From Porphyridium purpureum (lineage: Eukaryota), in contig VRMN01000001.1 in the NCBI GenBank assembly GCA_008690995.1, positions 2,728,001 through 2,792,000 of the forward strand: a stretch of DNA of 64,000 nt. Direction: 5' to 3'. Positions 10,018 through 21,211 of this stretch are shown here, piece by piece. A program made the translations under genes and the position numbers. Numbering within the stretch: the stretch's first letter is position 1; every line of letters starts with the position of its first letter. Below the pieces are notes generated by a model. It worked only from the letters and a program-made list of their open reading frames with translations, was not told the origin of the DNA and did not search any database.

Positions 10018-11643
10018 ATGCGACGCTGCCGTCTCGACGTGACCTTGGAGGAACCTGAGCGTGCGACGATGTTCATCATTGGATTGGATGCCGGTCCAGA
10101 TGCCCAAACAAGTCGCAGGTATCAGCTTGATTTGCACAGATCGCGCTGCGATGTTTTTGCATTGACGAAAGCTGTCGCATGCCGGCGCACGCTTGTGGCC
10201 ACTGTGGCACTTTCGAAACGCAGGGCGAGCGATCACGATCAGGTAAAGTCCAAAGACGCAGACGCATTGGAGGCATTCTGCGCAGAGCTGCATGGTGCAT
10301 TGAAGCGGGGGACATTCGCGCGCTTGATCATGTCAGATCCGAGCCCGCAGGCAAATTCTGAAGAGCGTTGCGACGCCGCCTCTACGTACTCTGATCCGCT
10401 CGTCTCTGTGCGCGGGAAACTGGTCGAGCTGAAATCTGGTGTGCATTTGCAATTAGTGATGCGCTACATGACGCGCGAGGAGGCAGAAAACGTGCCAGTG
10501 GATGACGACGTCCTCTTTGCGTCGGTGCATAGAGTGAAAGAGCTCGTCGTGGCCTTCGGATTTCGGCAGGTGAATGTAATGACGCAAGATGCTGATTGGC
10601 AGCTGCGATTCAAGAAGAAAAAAACCAAATCACCTGTTCTTATCAAGAGCAAACCTTCAATGTCAGCGTCCGACATCGGTGCGCAAAGTCACAACCGGAC
10701 GAAAATCAGAATTCTGGATCAAAACGAGTCATTTCTTCATGAGTTGGGCGTAACAAACCAGCTCGGGAAGCCCCGACCAGGGATGAACGATAAGCTAGTA
10801 CAGATCCAGAGATTCGTTGAGATTATTTCTCACCTTGTGAGAGACTCGCCCTTTTTCGCTTCGAACGATGACCAAAGTCAAAAGCGAGGGCAAGAGCCTG
10901 GTGAGAAAGCCACCAACATACGGGTCACAGACTTTGGCTGTGGAAAGGGTCATTTGACATTTGCGGTGCATGTGTTTCTCAGCTCCCTAAATCAGACGAC
11001 CATTAGAAACGTGACAACGTATGGCGTCGAGCTCCGACCTCATCTTGTCGAGCGCGCGAACGACATTGCGCGAATTACGGGACTAGCTCCTGCGCTTCAA
11101 TTTGTGTCGCAATCTATTTCCGATTTCCAAAAGAGACAGAGAGAAGAAAAAGCGGCGGCATCGTATGAGACGGACGAAGTCAGGGTGATGATTGCGCTTC
11201 ATGCGTGCGACACTGCAAGCGACGAAGCTATTCACTCGGGCATTGTCGAATCTGCGGCTTTAATCGTTGCGGCTCCTTGCTGCCACAAAGAATGTCGGAA
11301 GCAAATGGATGAGACCCTTGCGACTTCGGTCCCGGGAAGCTTGTCTGAAATCCTTCCCATAGCCCACCATGGCATTATGCTTGATCGCCAAGCAACACTC
11401 GTCACAGACGCAATTCGTGCAAGGCTTTTGGAAATGTATGGCTACAAAGCCAATGTCTTTGAGTTTGTCTCAAACGAGCATACTGGGAAAAACATCATGA
11501 TCACCGCAGTCAAACGAGATAGGCATGGACCAGAACGCAGTCCCAGCTCCGTTCAAATCGACGAGCTGCGTCGCTTTTGCGCCTTTTACGGTGTGCGGGA
11601 GCAACGCTTGGCCCATTTACTTGGAATTTCCTTGGTCCCATAA
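10018..11643 (+). CDS. SAM-dependent methyltransferase (Methyltransf_32-like)
   Basis: DFGCGKGHLTF, IALHACDTASD, APCCHKE and FEFVSNEHTGKNIMI motifs. Confidence 0.85.
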   Translation: MRRCRLDVTLEEPERATMFIIGLDAGPDAQTSRRYQLDLHRSRCDVFALTKAVACRRTLVATVALSKRRASDHDQVKSKDADALEAFCAELHGALKRGTFARLIMSDPSPQANSEERCDAASTYSDPLVSVRGKLVELKSGVHLQLVMRYMTREEAENVPVDDDVLFASVHRVKELVVAFGFRQVNVMTQDADWQLRFKKKKTKSPVLIKSKPSMSASDIGAQSHNRTKIRILDQNESFLHELGVTNQLGKPRPGMNDKLVQIQRFVEIISHLVRDSPFFASNDDQSQKRGQEPGEKATNIRVTDFGCGKGHLTFAVHVFLSSLNQTTIRNVTTYGVELRPHLVERANDIARITGLAPALQFVSQSISDFQKRQREEKAAASYETDEVRVMIALHACDTASDEAIHSGIVESAALIVAAPCCHKECRKQMDETLATSVPGSLSEILPIAHHGIMLDRQATLVTDAIRARLLEMYGYKANVFEFVSNEHTGKNIMITAVKRDRHGPERSPSSVQIDELRRFCAFYGVREQRLAHLLGISLVP

Positions 11644-11724
11644 TAAATAAGACAGTAATATCGCAGTCTAGCGGCCGGCAGCAGCGGATGTGTTCCCGTG
11701 TCAGTGCGAAGAATTCAGCACGGC

Positions 11725-14001
11725 CTAATGCGCTGGTGCCTGAGCCTGCATTTTCTGCCGCTGCGCCCTCACCTGTTGGTTGTGTTTCTCAAGCATTTTG
11801 GCGAGGTCATCTTCCTTGGCTTCGGCATGACGTTGCTGCTCTTGCTTCTGCACCAGGAATTGAGCTTTGGGCCCGTTTGCAACTTCTTGCATTCCTGCAA
11901 CAGGATTCACATGCTTTTGCGGGTGCTGAGCGCTTCGCTCAATCCTACCAGAGCGGTCTGTAACATGCACAGTCGAAACGAATCGCTTGACGATTACTGG
12001 GGCAGGCAAAACGATAGGCTGATGAGAATGTTGCTGCTGCTGTTGTTGTTGTTGCGACTGTTGTTGCTGCTGCTGCTGCTGATGGTGATTCATTTGTCCA
12101 CCAGATGCTTGTACTGAACGAGCAGGCAACCCCACAACACTTTTGCGGATCCTTCTGTCTGTGTTTTTGGTCGACCCGTGTTCATTCCACTGTGATATCT
12201 CCTGCTCATTGACTTGGTCCGTTGAAATAGCCGCCACGTCCTCTTTTTTGCGAGCTGTTGTCACAGCTCGCACTGTGTCAGGCTTCGGCTTGTTAAGCGC
12301 TTCAAAAGAGGTACTCGGGCGCTCGTCATCCGCCATATTTCCTGCCTCACAATAGGAATATGCCCCTTTCACAAGCTCGCCAGCATCAACTTCTTGGTTC
12401 TCTTGAGACGAGCTTCGCCAAACATGCCGCGGCGGCGCCGTGACATTTTCCTTGCCCGGCGCATTTCTTTTCGGTGCCACCGATGCAGCAACACGCGCTG
12501 CACGCGCCGGCTTCAAAATGAGCTGCCCGTTTAAATCCAGTTCGAGAAGTTTTCGCGATGGAACCTCAGGATTCTCTGAGCTTCTGATTTGTAGAGGCAT
12601 TCCGCTGGGCTTCCTACGTGCATACTCTACGGCACTTTGGTAGGCAGGCGCACTCGGCAACATGGTGCCATCTTCCAAGTGAGTATCATGTGTCATCCTT
12701 TGCGGCCCCGGCTCAACGAGTTGCGTAGCCGTGCGCATTTTGCTTGCTGCTCTTCCTCTTGACCGCGATGCCCAGAGCTCAGTGCGCCCTGCGTCATCAT
12801 CGACGACCTCGGGCGCATCAGGGCGCGTTTGCGCACCGCCTGCTCGATCATTTAGCCTGCTGAGGTGCGTCGCCACTAAACTCCGCTCGGCTTTTGCACT
12901 ACGCACTTTCGAATTGTGCTGTTCTAGAAGCTCCATCAGCGGCGGAGGCCGCCTTTGTTCCGCGGCTTCAGACACAGCGGCTTCGTGCGCGCGTGTCTGT
13001 CTAGGTTCGTCTTCTGCCATGACAGATGCGCACGGGAGCACACGTCCGGGCCGCAGCTCTGCCAATCGTAGTCCGGGGCCAAGCGCCTTGAATCCCTGAC
13101 CAGGTTGGGACTTTCCTTGGATCTCTTCGTCTTGCTTTTCCAGCGCCTCAAATTGCAGGACTCGCTTGAACTCGTCTGGTCCAAGAGAAGGAATCGCCAC
13201 ACGCGCCGCGCGGCCGCGTCGAACGGACACACCGGATGATGCAGGTACACAAGGAGTCAGACACTCAGCGGACTTCTTAAGGCTCTGAGAGTATGGCGAC
13301 GCGTTCAGGACGAAATCTAACGCGTCATCGTCCACATGAAACACTGTCACTGCGTGTGTGTCTGTCGCTATGCCGACGTCTGCGCCGTCCTCGGCTCGAG
13401 CACTGTGGCTCGGTGCGTGTGTGCTGCTTCTGGAAACGTGTGCGCTCGCTGTGCATACCGCAGTTTCCTCATTCTCCGTATGCTCGTTGAGAAGAGTTTT
13501 CCAATTTGTAGCCAATAATTCGTTCGAGCACTTTTCCAAGAAAGCAACTCGTCCTGGCGTCGGCATCGAATTGGGAGACAACAGTGGTTCGAGCTTGGGC
13601 TGAACATTGCCCTGTCTCTCATGACGCGGATGCGCAACTGCAAACCAACTCCTTTGTTTCTGTGTGCTGAGCCAGTACGATGAGTTGGGGTTTGTCTGAG
13701 CCTCTTGAAACGCTTCGAGCTCATCATAGTCCAGATTTGTTGGCGCATCAAAGTCCCACCGAGGATCCACGGGTGAAGTGCACGCTCGTTCGCTGTCGCA
13801 GTCATCCGCACCGCCTTGGTATCGCTCAGACCTAGAACTTTTTCTCGCACGCGCGCGGCTCGCCGGTGGTGTACGCATGACTTTTTCATCCTGCGCTCCG
13901 AATCTCTCCGTCTGTTGCTCTTGGCTCGCAGAGCCTGCCGCACTCTGTCCATTGCGTGCCGCGCGTGTGACCATTCCGACATGCGTCTGAGTCTGCCACA
14001 T
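11725..14001 (-). CDS. Low-complexity protein with TPX2-like Aurora-binding motif and poly-Q tract
   Basis: 758-aa ORF from ATG; WDFDAP...DY...WF near the N-terminus; KEN motif. Confidence 0.6.
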   Translation of the reverse strand: MWQTQTHVGMVTRAARNGQSAAGSASQEQQTERFGAQDEKVMRTPPASRARARKSSRSERYQGGADDCDSERACTSPVDPRWDFDAPTNLDYDELEAFQEAQTNPNSSYWLSTQKQRSWFAVAHPRHERQGNVQPKLEPLLSPNSMPTPGRVAFLEKCSNELLATNWKTLLNEHTENEETAVCTASAHVSRSSTHAPSHSARAEDGADVGIATDTHAVTVFHVDDDALDFVLNASPYSQSLKKSAECLTPCVPASSGVSVRRGRAARVAIPSLGPDEFKRVLQFEALEKQDEEIQGKSQPGQGFKALGPGLRLAELRPGRVLPCASVMAEDEPRQTRAHEAAVSEAAEQRRPPPLMELLEQHNSKVRSAKAERSLVATHLSRLNDRAGGAQTRPDAPEVVDDDAGRTELWASRSRGRAASKMRTATQLVEPGPQRMTHDTHLEDGTMLPSAPAYQSAVEYARRKPSGMPLQIRSSENPEVPSRKLLELDLNGQLILKPARAARVAASVAPKRNAPGKENVTAPPRHVWRSSSQENQEVDAGELVKGAYSYCEAGNMADDERPSTSFEALNKPKPDTVRAVTTARKKEDVAAISTDQVNEQEISQWNEHGSTKNTDRRIRKSVVGLPARSVQASGGQMNHHQQQQQQQQSQQQQQQQQHSHQPIVLPAPVIVKRFVSTVHVTDRSGRIERSAQHPQKHVNPVAGMQEVANGPKAQFLVQKQEQQRHAEAKEDDLAKMLEKHNQQVRAQRQKMQAQAPAH

Positions 14002-14914
14002 AGCCTTCAGAGTTCTTCAGACCGAGGCTGCTGTCTATGCTACTGAATGAGTCGATACCTTGAGTCCCGCCACCTCTGCAGCGAGTCCGCACAACACAAC
14101 ACCTGTCGTCCTTGAAGAACCACACTCGCACTCCAATCGGTGCTTCCCCTTCACAGACTAGGGTTCTGCGCAGTTCTGACCGTTACGCTGCAAACAAACT
14201 CGGATTTTCAAAATCCGGCAGAAATTTAAGGTTAGTGGTGCGTGCGGGAGCCGGGTAGCGAGCAATCGCACGAAACATCCGCACTTCGGTGTTCGGCGCA
14301 AGATGTTTTGTTGGGGGCCGTGGGGTGCTTCGACAGAAGCGATCCCGCAAGGATGCAGTAGCAGTCGTGAAGAATCCTCATAATAGTTTTTCCATTCATC
14401 TTCACAATTCGTGGGTCAAGTTACGCATACTCAGGTATCGGGGAACGCAGAGCCATCGTGGCGGTGTTTTCTTTTCCTTCGGCGCCATGAGAAGCATAGG
14501 GTACCTGGGTACGCTCTAGTCCAAGATCCGGGACATCTTGTAGGCGCAATCCAGATGGCAGAGGAACATCACAACTCGTATGACTTGGTCCGTGCCGTGC
14601 CAAGCGCAGCGCTTCGCATCGCGCTTGAGAATACTTGTCTTCCGATCGAGCCCCTCACGCCATGAATGAAGGCCTTTCCGCGGCTTTGAAAGTACTTTGA
14701 CGCGCTCAAGCAACATGCGCAAGCTGGCACATTCCGAAGGCGCACTGCCATCCGCGCCGGGCTCGGAACGGCACCGCCCGCTGTCGGAGAACTGGACTTT
14801 GGCGAACGCTCGAAATGGCCTTCACCGCAAAGGCTGGTCGCGCTAGCAAGCACTGGACATGATTTCCTGGGAGAAATTTTGTCAAGGGGTTTGTACAGCG
14901 GGAGGACGTAATCA

Positions 14915-15409
14915 TCAACCCGGCTTCGGACGAAGCATGACGCGCGCCCTCTCTGGTGATTCATCAGCTTCGCTTGGAATGAAACGAGAATTGGAGCCTG
15001 CGCGCAGCACACCAGCTTCGTCCTCCTTAACTCCAATGTACATGCCCCACGCGACCATGGCCCCGACGAACACAAACGGGGGGAACATGATTTCGAACAG
15101 TTCGATGCGAGTGATCGCTCGCTGAGCGTATTGATGACCCTGTTCTTGCCACTGCCCGCTGTATTCATACGCCCCATTAAATCTTTGCCCGCGCTGCACG
15201 CCGCGCTGTATATCATCGCAAACCCTTTCGTACGACTCGTTGATGCCCTTAAACACCCGCTCGGCGTGCGCCTTGGAGTGTGCGCTGCCATGGCGGTCCG
15301 GGTGCCACCGCTTCGCGAGCTCTCTGAACGCGGCTTGCGCCTCTTGCTGCGTGGCATGCAGCGAGAGACCGAGCCGAGCGTAGTGCGTTGCCGACCCAAC
15401 CGAAGGCAT
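14915..15409 (-). CDS. DnaJ-domain protein with C-terminal TM segment
   Basis: HYARLGL...AFRELAKRWHPDRH...FKGINESYE J-domain with HPD; ATG at 15409. Confidence 0.85.
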   Translation of the reverse strand: MPSVGSATHYARLGLSLHATQQEAQAAFRELAKRWHPDRHGSAHSKAHAERVFKGINESYERVCDDIQRGVQRGQRFNGAYEYSGQWQEQGHQYAQRAITRIELFEIMFPPFVFVGAMVAWGMYIGVKEDEAGVLRAGSNSRFIPSEADESPERARVMLRPKPG

Positions 15410-16046
15410 CTTTGCCGTTCCCGCTCCCTCACAACTTTCCACGCTCCGCGCAACCACCCTGCTCTGCCTCGCGCCGCCAAGTCTCCACAAACGCCCGTCT
15501 TCAGACCCACACTGAACACCCAGGTACAGTTCCCATGGGTACAGTGAACGCCTCTTAAATTTGCTTACACTGGGACACGACATACTGTACTTTGGTGTAC
15601 AGTATATCGCGCGTCCCTCGCCATGGTCGAGTTGCCCGAAGCAATCTCGAGCATGCACGAAAGTCTGCACATCCAGCGTCATACCGCGATGGCCTGCGGC
15701 TCGACATGGGTCAGAGGCAGTCCGTCAAATCGACAACTCGACGGCTGAGCGCACTCGCCTTTTCTGGTTCGAACTCGGAATAGGCGATTCCGCATTTTGC
15801 GTGGATTCTGCAACGGCGACGTGCGGGCTCGCACTGCCCGTGGGGGAAACCATGAGTTTGCGAAAGCTATGGATGCTGCTTCTGGAGCATCTCATCCTTG
15901 TCTACAAGGTGATGTACGAGTTAGCTCGTGAGCTCCTTTCTCCCACACAGAACATTGGTAGAAACCGTGAGTCAAACATGCTCGTCCTCAAGATGTACAA
16001 ATTTGCGTGCAATTAAGAGGTCCATGGGTGTAACAAAATTGTGCTT

Positions 16047-17555
16047 TCATTCATCATCTTCGCTGCTTTGCTCTCGCTCACGCTTTTGACGCACATTATT
16101 GTCGCTCCATACTCCTTTCGCATGCGTGGCGTTGTCTTCGTTGTCTGCCTCCGCCCCTTGGCTACTGTCATCCACAAAGTCGTCCTCAGCTTCGCTCTGC
16201 AAGTCGAGGACGAGCTGGACGTACAGCTCATTGGCCTCCTCCAACAATTGACTCGGCGTCCCGGCTGTCAATTTCAACGTGCGTTCCTCTGAAGCTTCCT
16301 CATCGCTACCGAAAATGGCCCGAAGCGCCGCAGTTGTTTCAACCATGACACTTCTGCAGTAGGAGTCGGAGAAAACCCCACATTCGACACCGACCTGGAA
16401 CACCTTGAAAAAGAGCAAAATGTCCAGAACGCGAAGCTGGAAGCGATCCTGGTAGATCAGGCATTGTGCACACAACAGGGCGATCCGCGAGAACGACGTT
16501 TCTTTTCTTGCGCTAGTGCTGTGCACCTGGTCTGGGCAATACGTCGCCTCAAAAGACGGGTGTGAAAAAGTGAACGAAATGGCCACTCGCTGTTCGCTCC
16601 AACTCGGCAGCCGGGAGGGTCGTGCGGCCCAGTGCATGGTGCGGCACCCGAACAATACTGCGTCCCCTGCCTCCAACGGAATCGCACGGAGCATTTGATA
16701 GTCAGCCTTTTCCTTAAAGACGCGCCGCAATGGATCCACTGCATCCGTGTCGCCGAGGTAGTAGCCCGGGTCTGCATGCGCGGGGAGCATGTACAAGCAG
16801 CTGTTAGTCGGGGTCGCTCGAGTCAGAGCAATCCAGATGGTTTGAAAGCGCGAAATCATGGGCCTGCGCTCAAAAAAGCAACTTGATGTGTCATCCGGCT
16901 GCCTGTCCCGATGCGGTGAAAAGCCACACGCGCTGACAAAGTAATTTTTGCTCAGCGCTTTTTCAGCGTCTGATGCAGCTCCAGATGCTTTCGAGCTGCC
17001 GTCAAAAGGATGAAAACCTTCAGCGTCGTACCGATAGTGCGGATCAATAAACCACGACAAAACGTCGTGCGTGCATTCAAAGCCCATACCAAGCAAGTCA
17101 GAATCAGATTCCTGGGCGACAGCGTCACTTTTTGCGAAAAGGGTGCGATGCAAGTCAGCATACAGACTCCACACGTCGTCAAACGCATACACGAAGCACG
17201 GTGGAAACCCTGCATGCACAACTACTTCCATGGCTGAACGCAGCGATTCACACGTGCTTGCGTCCAACACACCGCGTAATGGCACATAGCCATCGAGTTC
17301 CAGCATGTCCAAATCCGCGCTATTCGTTCGAAGTCCTTGAAATTGAGCGTTCAGACGGCTCGTGCCGTCAGGTCTACCGCTCGATCTGCGCGCCGCGTCG
17401 AGCCATTCTTTCAGGTTGCCTGTTTCCGGGCATGCGGCCGAGCCCTCACCGCTTGCGAACCACTGCACCAGCGTGCTTTCATCTGGCGTACCAAGTCGCG
17501 CGAGCGCCGCATCGTACGCGCACATCGACCCACGCTCGTCCAAGAACTTTTTCAT
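16047..17555 (-). CDS. Phytanoyl-CoA dioxygenase (PhyH)-like Fe(II)/2OG oxygenase
   Basis: PHRD...IWIALTRATPTNSCLYMLP...GDAVLF...MHW (HxD...H); acidic tail. Confidence 0.8.
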   Translation of the reverse strand: MKKFLDERGSMCAYDAALARLGTPDESTLVQWFASGEGSAACPETGNLKEWLDAARRSSGRPDGTSRLNAQFQGLRTNSADLDMLELDGYVPLRGVLDASTCESLRSAMEVVVHAGFPPCFVYAFDDVWSLYADLHRTLFAKSDAVAQESDSDLLGMGFECTHDVLSWFIDPHYRYDAEGFHPFDGSSKASGAASDAEKALSKNYFVSACGFSPHRDRQPDDTSSCFFERRPMISRFQTIWIALTRATPTNSCLYMLPAHADPGYYLGDTDAVDPLRRVFKEKADYQMLRAIPLEAGDAVLFGCRTMHWAARPSRLPSWSEQRVAISFTFSHPSFEATYCPDQVHSTSARKETSFSRIALLCAQCLIYQDRFQLRVLDILLFFKVFQVGVECGVFSDSYCRSVMVETTAALRAIFGSDEEASEERTLKLTAGTPSQLLEEANELYVQLVLDLQSEAEDDFVDDSSQGAEADNEDNATHAKGVWSDNNVRQKREREQSSEDDE

Positions 17556-18064
17556 GACGAATGATGAAAGCGATGATCAGTATCACGCACGCATCCGCCG
17601 CGACTGTTCTCGCAAGAGGACCAGCGGTGACCGAAACGTACCTGATGTGACCAGAACTCTTCCGGCATCAACGATGTGGACTTGCGAAACGGGAAAGCCG
17701 CCTCATCAGGAAGACGAAATTTAGGACGCTTTGCGAGGAAAGTCCAGGCTGAGCGAAATCTGTTAACTTTTCGATAATCCGCTGCAAGCCACCAACTGAA
17801 ATGAATTGTGCACGCGCGGACGCAGACTGCATTTTTGAAAGCATCCGCTGGGACTTCACCATCCGTTGACCGTGGCAGCTCATCTCGCGCTGCAAAACTC
17901 AGTGGACATTGTACTGCGAGCAGACTGGATGGAGGAACCTGGAGCGACTCTGGGCGCGGAGCTTAGTCAACCGTTGTCACGCGCGTACTAGTGCGAGCAT
18001 TTTTTTATTTTTTACTTGAAATACGGGGCTGCGGTGGTGTGGTGTCGGTGCGTACGACTCATCC

Positions 18065-21000
18065 TCAGACGTAGAAGCTAAGATTAATGCCTTCGCGTCG
18101 GCCTTCGGCGCAACCGCTACCAGCTGGGCGCTCGGGTTTGAGGAGGCGCCGGAGCAGGCGCAACAGATCCGCGAGCTTGAATTGGCCCTTCTTGGTCGTG
18201 TTCGTGTAAGCATTTTGATATCGCTGCGTCCGCGCACCCGGCACAGCGTCCATGCTCTGGTGTCGGCTCCGCAGCAGCTGTTCGTACACATGCACGTCCT
18301 CTTCGTCATCCGAATCGAAAGGTACCAGTAGCGCGCCAACAGCCTGGGTCTGGTCTTGCTTTACGTCGCTCTCCGCACGGAATTCGCGACTCGTGTTCTT
18401 CTGCAGATCAAACACGACGCGATTGTCGCTCGCGCGACGGTTTGAGCTCCACGTGCTAGACCGAAGCACCGATGACGGGTGCTCTTCGAGCGAAGCAGGG
18501 CCAGTCTCGTGCACGCGGTCTGACAGCCGTTGCAGATCGCGCAGGCTTTCGTTCAGGCGCAGCGCAAGTTGCTCGTCCACATACCCGACACTTGGATTCA
18601 TCACCGCAGCAGTGCTGTTTTCTGTCTGTCCTTCCTGAATCTGCAATTTGCACTCCAGATTTCTGTTTTCCTGTTCCAAGCTCCTGAGCTGTGCAAACAA
18701 ATCGTCACAGCGAAGCTGTGAAGCCTTGAGCTGCCGTTCCTGCACCTGAATTTGGGCTTCAAGCTCCAGTCGACCAGTCTCTAGCTCAGTTTGGCGCTCG
18801 TCCGCTTCACACAGGCGTTGCAAGAGCTCGACTCGCTGCCTCTGCACATTCACGTGCGAATGTTCCAGCTGCAAGTGCACGCTGCCGATCCCAGCTCGCA
18901 TGCACTGCATCGACTGTCGCATTTGCGTCGCGAGTCTTTTGCTACTCTGGCGATCCGATAAATCACGTTCGCCGTTCGCATACTCCCCGTGCTCCATCTC
19001 TCGTAGCACGTGACTGAAGGCACCTGCTGTTGCGCGCTTCGCCGGTGACGCAGCTTTCACCCCACGGCTCATAGCTATGAGCTCGGAAAGACGCTTTGCC
19101 GACTCTCTCGCCTCCACAAGATACCCCGCGCTGGTTGCACATTCCTGCACGAGCTTATCCGCGTGCTCGCTGATTTGTGCAGTATACGCTACCCAGAATG
19201 TGGCCAGCTGCTGTTTCAGATGCGCCTCTTTCTGATCCAGTGCACGTAGTACCACATTGCACTTCTTCACTTGCGCGTCTTCCGCATCACTACCGCGCGA
19301 GAGATGCGCTTGTAGCAATTGCTGCGCTCGCCCATGTTGCTCTTGTACCTTACACAGATCCGCCTTTAGCCGGTCGTGCTCAAGAGTAAGCGATCGTCCA
19401 AATGTGGCCAGCTCGGTGGGAATTCGGTTCATTTGCTGAAGCATGGCAAGCACCATGCGACGCGTGGCAGAATCCTCGACAATTGAAGAACCATATGCGG
19501 TAGCATGGTCTGAAGCTGGCTGCATTTTATGCAACGGAGCGGACGAACCATCCAGCGCACTCTGGCTACGAAGCTCATTTTCAAGCCGTTCAATCGTGCA
19601 CCGCAAGTCCTCTTCCAGCTCGGTGCGTTTTCGCTCCGCACTCACCATACCCTCTGCGTGCTCCTTTTGCAGCTCCGCTTTCATGCGCTCAGAGCGCATA
19701 ATCTGTCTCATAAACGCTTTCTGCTGTAGACCATAGGAGTGCTCCTCGCCTTCCAGGTTCGTCTGCAGCGAGGTGCACTGGGCGTCCAGTTCTTCAGTTT
19801 TCAGCCTCCATTTCTTCGACTCTTCGTCCAGTGCAACCTGTACTTTCTCCACGCGCGCGTTTTCTTCATGCGCGCTATTCAGGTCGGCCTTCAGTGTCAC
19901 GATTTCGTGCGATTGCGCAGCTTGCTCAGCAATGCACTGGTGAAGCTCGCCTTTGTGCACACGTAGCTCGCGCTCAAACCACATGCATTGTGCATTTAAA
20001 TTGCTCACTTCCTGGCGCGCCAGCTGCGCATCCTCTTCTGCACGAATGCGATGAGCTCGTTCTGCCTGGCCTAGCTCGTACATCATTCGTAACAGCTGCT
20101 GCGCCTTGGTTTTATAGTGCACGTGATCCGCCTGCATTTGCTTCTTGAGTTGCAAAACAGTCTTTGCGTCTTGCTCGGCACTGCGCAGCTTTTCAATCAG
20201 GCCCCGGTTGCAGTGCACTAGCGCCGCAATTTGACCGCTCTGCTTTTGCGATGTCTCGGCAAATGATATTTTTTGTGCTTCCCTCTCCTCGTGCAAGCTC
20301 TCAATGCTCTGCTCGAGCTGCTCGCGCTGCCGAGCCCACAAGACGGCCTGCTTCGCACCGGAAGCTACCTCCTCCTCGAGTCGCCTAATCATCGCCTGAA
20401 ATAGTTCCAGACGCTGCTTGAGGTCGGCCGATTCGACTTCAAGCTGCTTTCGTGAAAGTCGCTCAGCATCCCTCTCAGATGCCAGGTGCGAGACTGTCTG
20501 CTCAAAAGCTGAGCGCGTGCGAGACAGTTCTGCGCGCACACTGTCTAACATCGCATCTTTGTTCTGCATCTCAGCTTCCAGCAGCACTATGCTCTCCTCC
20601 ATCTCTTTCTGCAGCATTGCCATACGGCTCATAAGCGAGTCATTGAGGCCTCGCAATGCGCCCACTTTGTGGGAGGGTGGGTCTGCATGGAGCTGAAGAT
20701 GCGCGTGGCCATAGGGAAACTTGATGCCTTCGCCACGCTCGGACTGGTCGCGTCCCACGAGGACACCGCACGAGGGGCGATTCTCATCGCCCGTTGGCGA
20801 CGGCAGATGGTCCGTGGAACGGCGAGTGCGTAGCACCTTTGGACGCGCCCCAACGCTATCGCGCGGTGTGACTGGTGCGTCCTTCCTGCCACGACTCGCG
20901 GCGGTGCTCATCCGCGGCGACGCCGGCACGCTGCGTCGGAGCGTCGGGGCTCCACCTGCCGCGGCTTGGGATCCGCCGACGGCTGACGCCAAAGCATCCT

Positions 21001-21211
21001 GTCGCAGCTCAAGCCCGCCCTCCTTTTTCACCAAAGCAATTGACTGCAAGCCTGAGAAGGACCGATGCTTCGGCGAGGCATAGGCGCTGCTGCGCCGCCA
21101 GGGCGGGGAGCCGCGGTCCTCGCTGGTGCGCAATGGCAAGTTCTGGTTCTGCGCAGTCCAGCCCGCGCGCCTGTTGTGCAGGTCCGCCACCTCCACGTCC
21201 TCCAGCACCAT
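18065..21211 (-). CDS. Long coiled-coil protein of unknown function
   Basis: Long ORF rich in E/Q/L/R heptads with SP/TP-rich N-terminus; first ATG at 21211. Confidence 0.75.
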   Translation of the reverse strand: MVLEDVEVADLHNRRAGWTAQNQNLPLRTSEDRGSPPWRRSSAYASPKHRSFSGLQSIALVKKEGGLELRQDALASAVGGSQAAAGGAPTLRRSVPASPRMSTAASRGRKDAPVTPRDSVGARPKVLRTRRSTDHLPSPTGDENRPSCGVLVGRDQSERGEGIKFPYGHAHLQLHADPPSHKVGALRGLNDSLMSRMAMLQKEMEESIVLLEAEMQNKDAMLDSVRAELSRTRSAFEQTVSHLASERDAERLSRKQLEVESADLKQRLELFQAMIRRLEEEVASGAKQAVLWARQREQLEQSIESLHEEREAQKISFAETSQKQSGQIAALVHCNRGLIEKLRSAEQDAKTVLQLKKQMQADHVHYKTKAQQLLRMMYELGQAERAHRIRAEEDAQLARQEVSNLNAQCMWFERELRVHKGELHQCIAEQAAQSHEIVTLKADLNSAHEENARVEKVQVALDEESKKWRLKTEELDAQCTSLQTNLEGEEHSYGLQQKAFMRQIMRSERMKAELQKEHAEGMVSAERKRTELEEDLRCTIERLENELRSQSALDGSSAPLHKMQPASDHATAYGSSIVEDSATRRMVLAMLQQMNRIPTELATFGRSLTLEHDRLKADLCKVQEQHGRAQQLLQAHLSRGSDAEDAQVKKCNVVLRALDQKEAHLKQQLATFWVAYTAQISEHADKLVQECATSAGYLVEARESAKRLSELIAMSRGVKAASPAKRATAGAFSHVLREMEHGEYANGERDLSDRQSSKRLATQMRQSMQCMRAGIGSVHLQLEHSHVNVQRQRVELLQRLCEADERQTELETGRLELEAQIQVQERQLKASQLRCDDLFAQLRSLEQENRNLECKLQIQEGQTENSTAAVMNPSVGYVDEQLALRLNESLRDLQRLSDRVHETGPASLEEHPSSVLRSSTWSSNRRASDNRVVFDLQKNTSREFRAESDVKQDQTQAVGALLVPFDSDDEEDVHVYEQLLRSRHQSMDAVPGARTQRYQNAYTNTTKKGQFKLADLLRLLRRLLKPERPAGSGCAEGRREGINLSFYV

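Noticed and set aside
14289..14900. Several short ORFs between the TPX2-like and DnaJ genes
   Set aside because: No recognisable motif; cannot support a gene call
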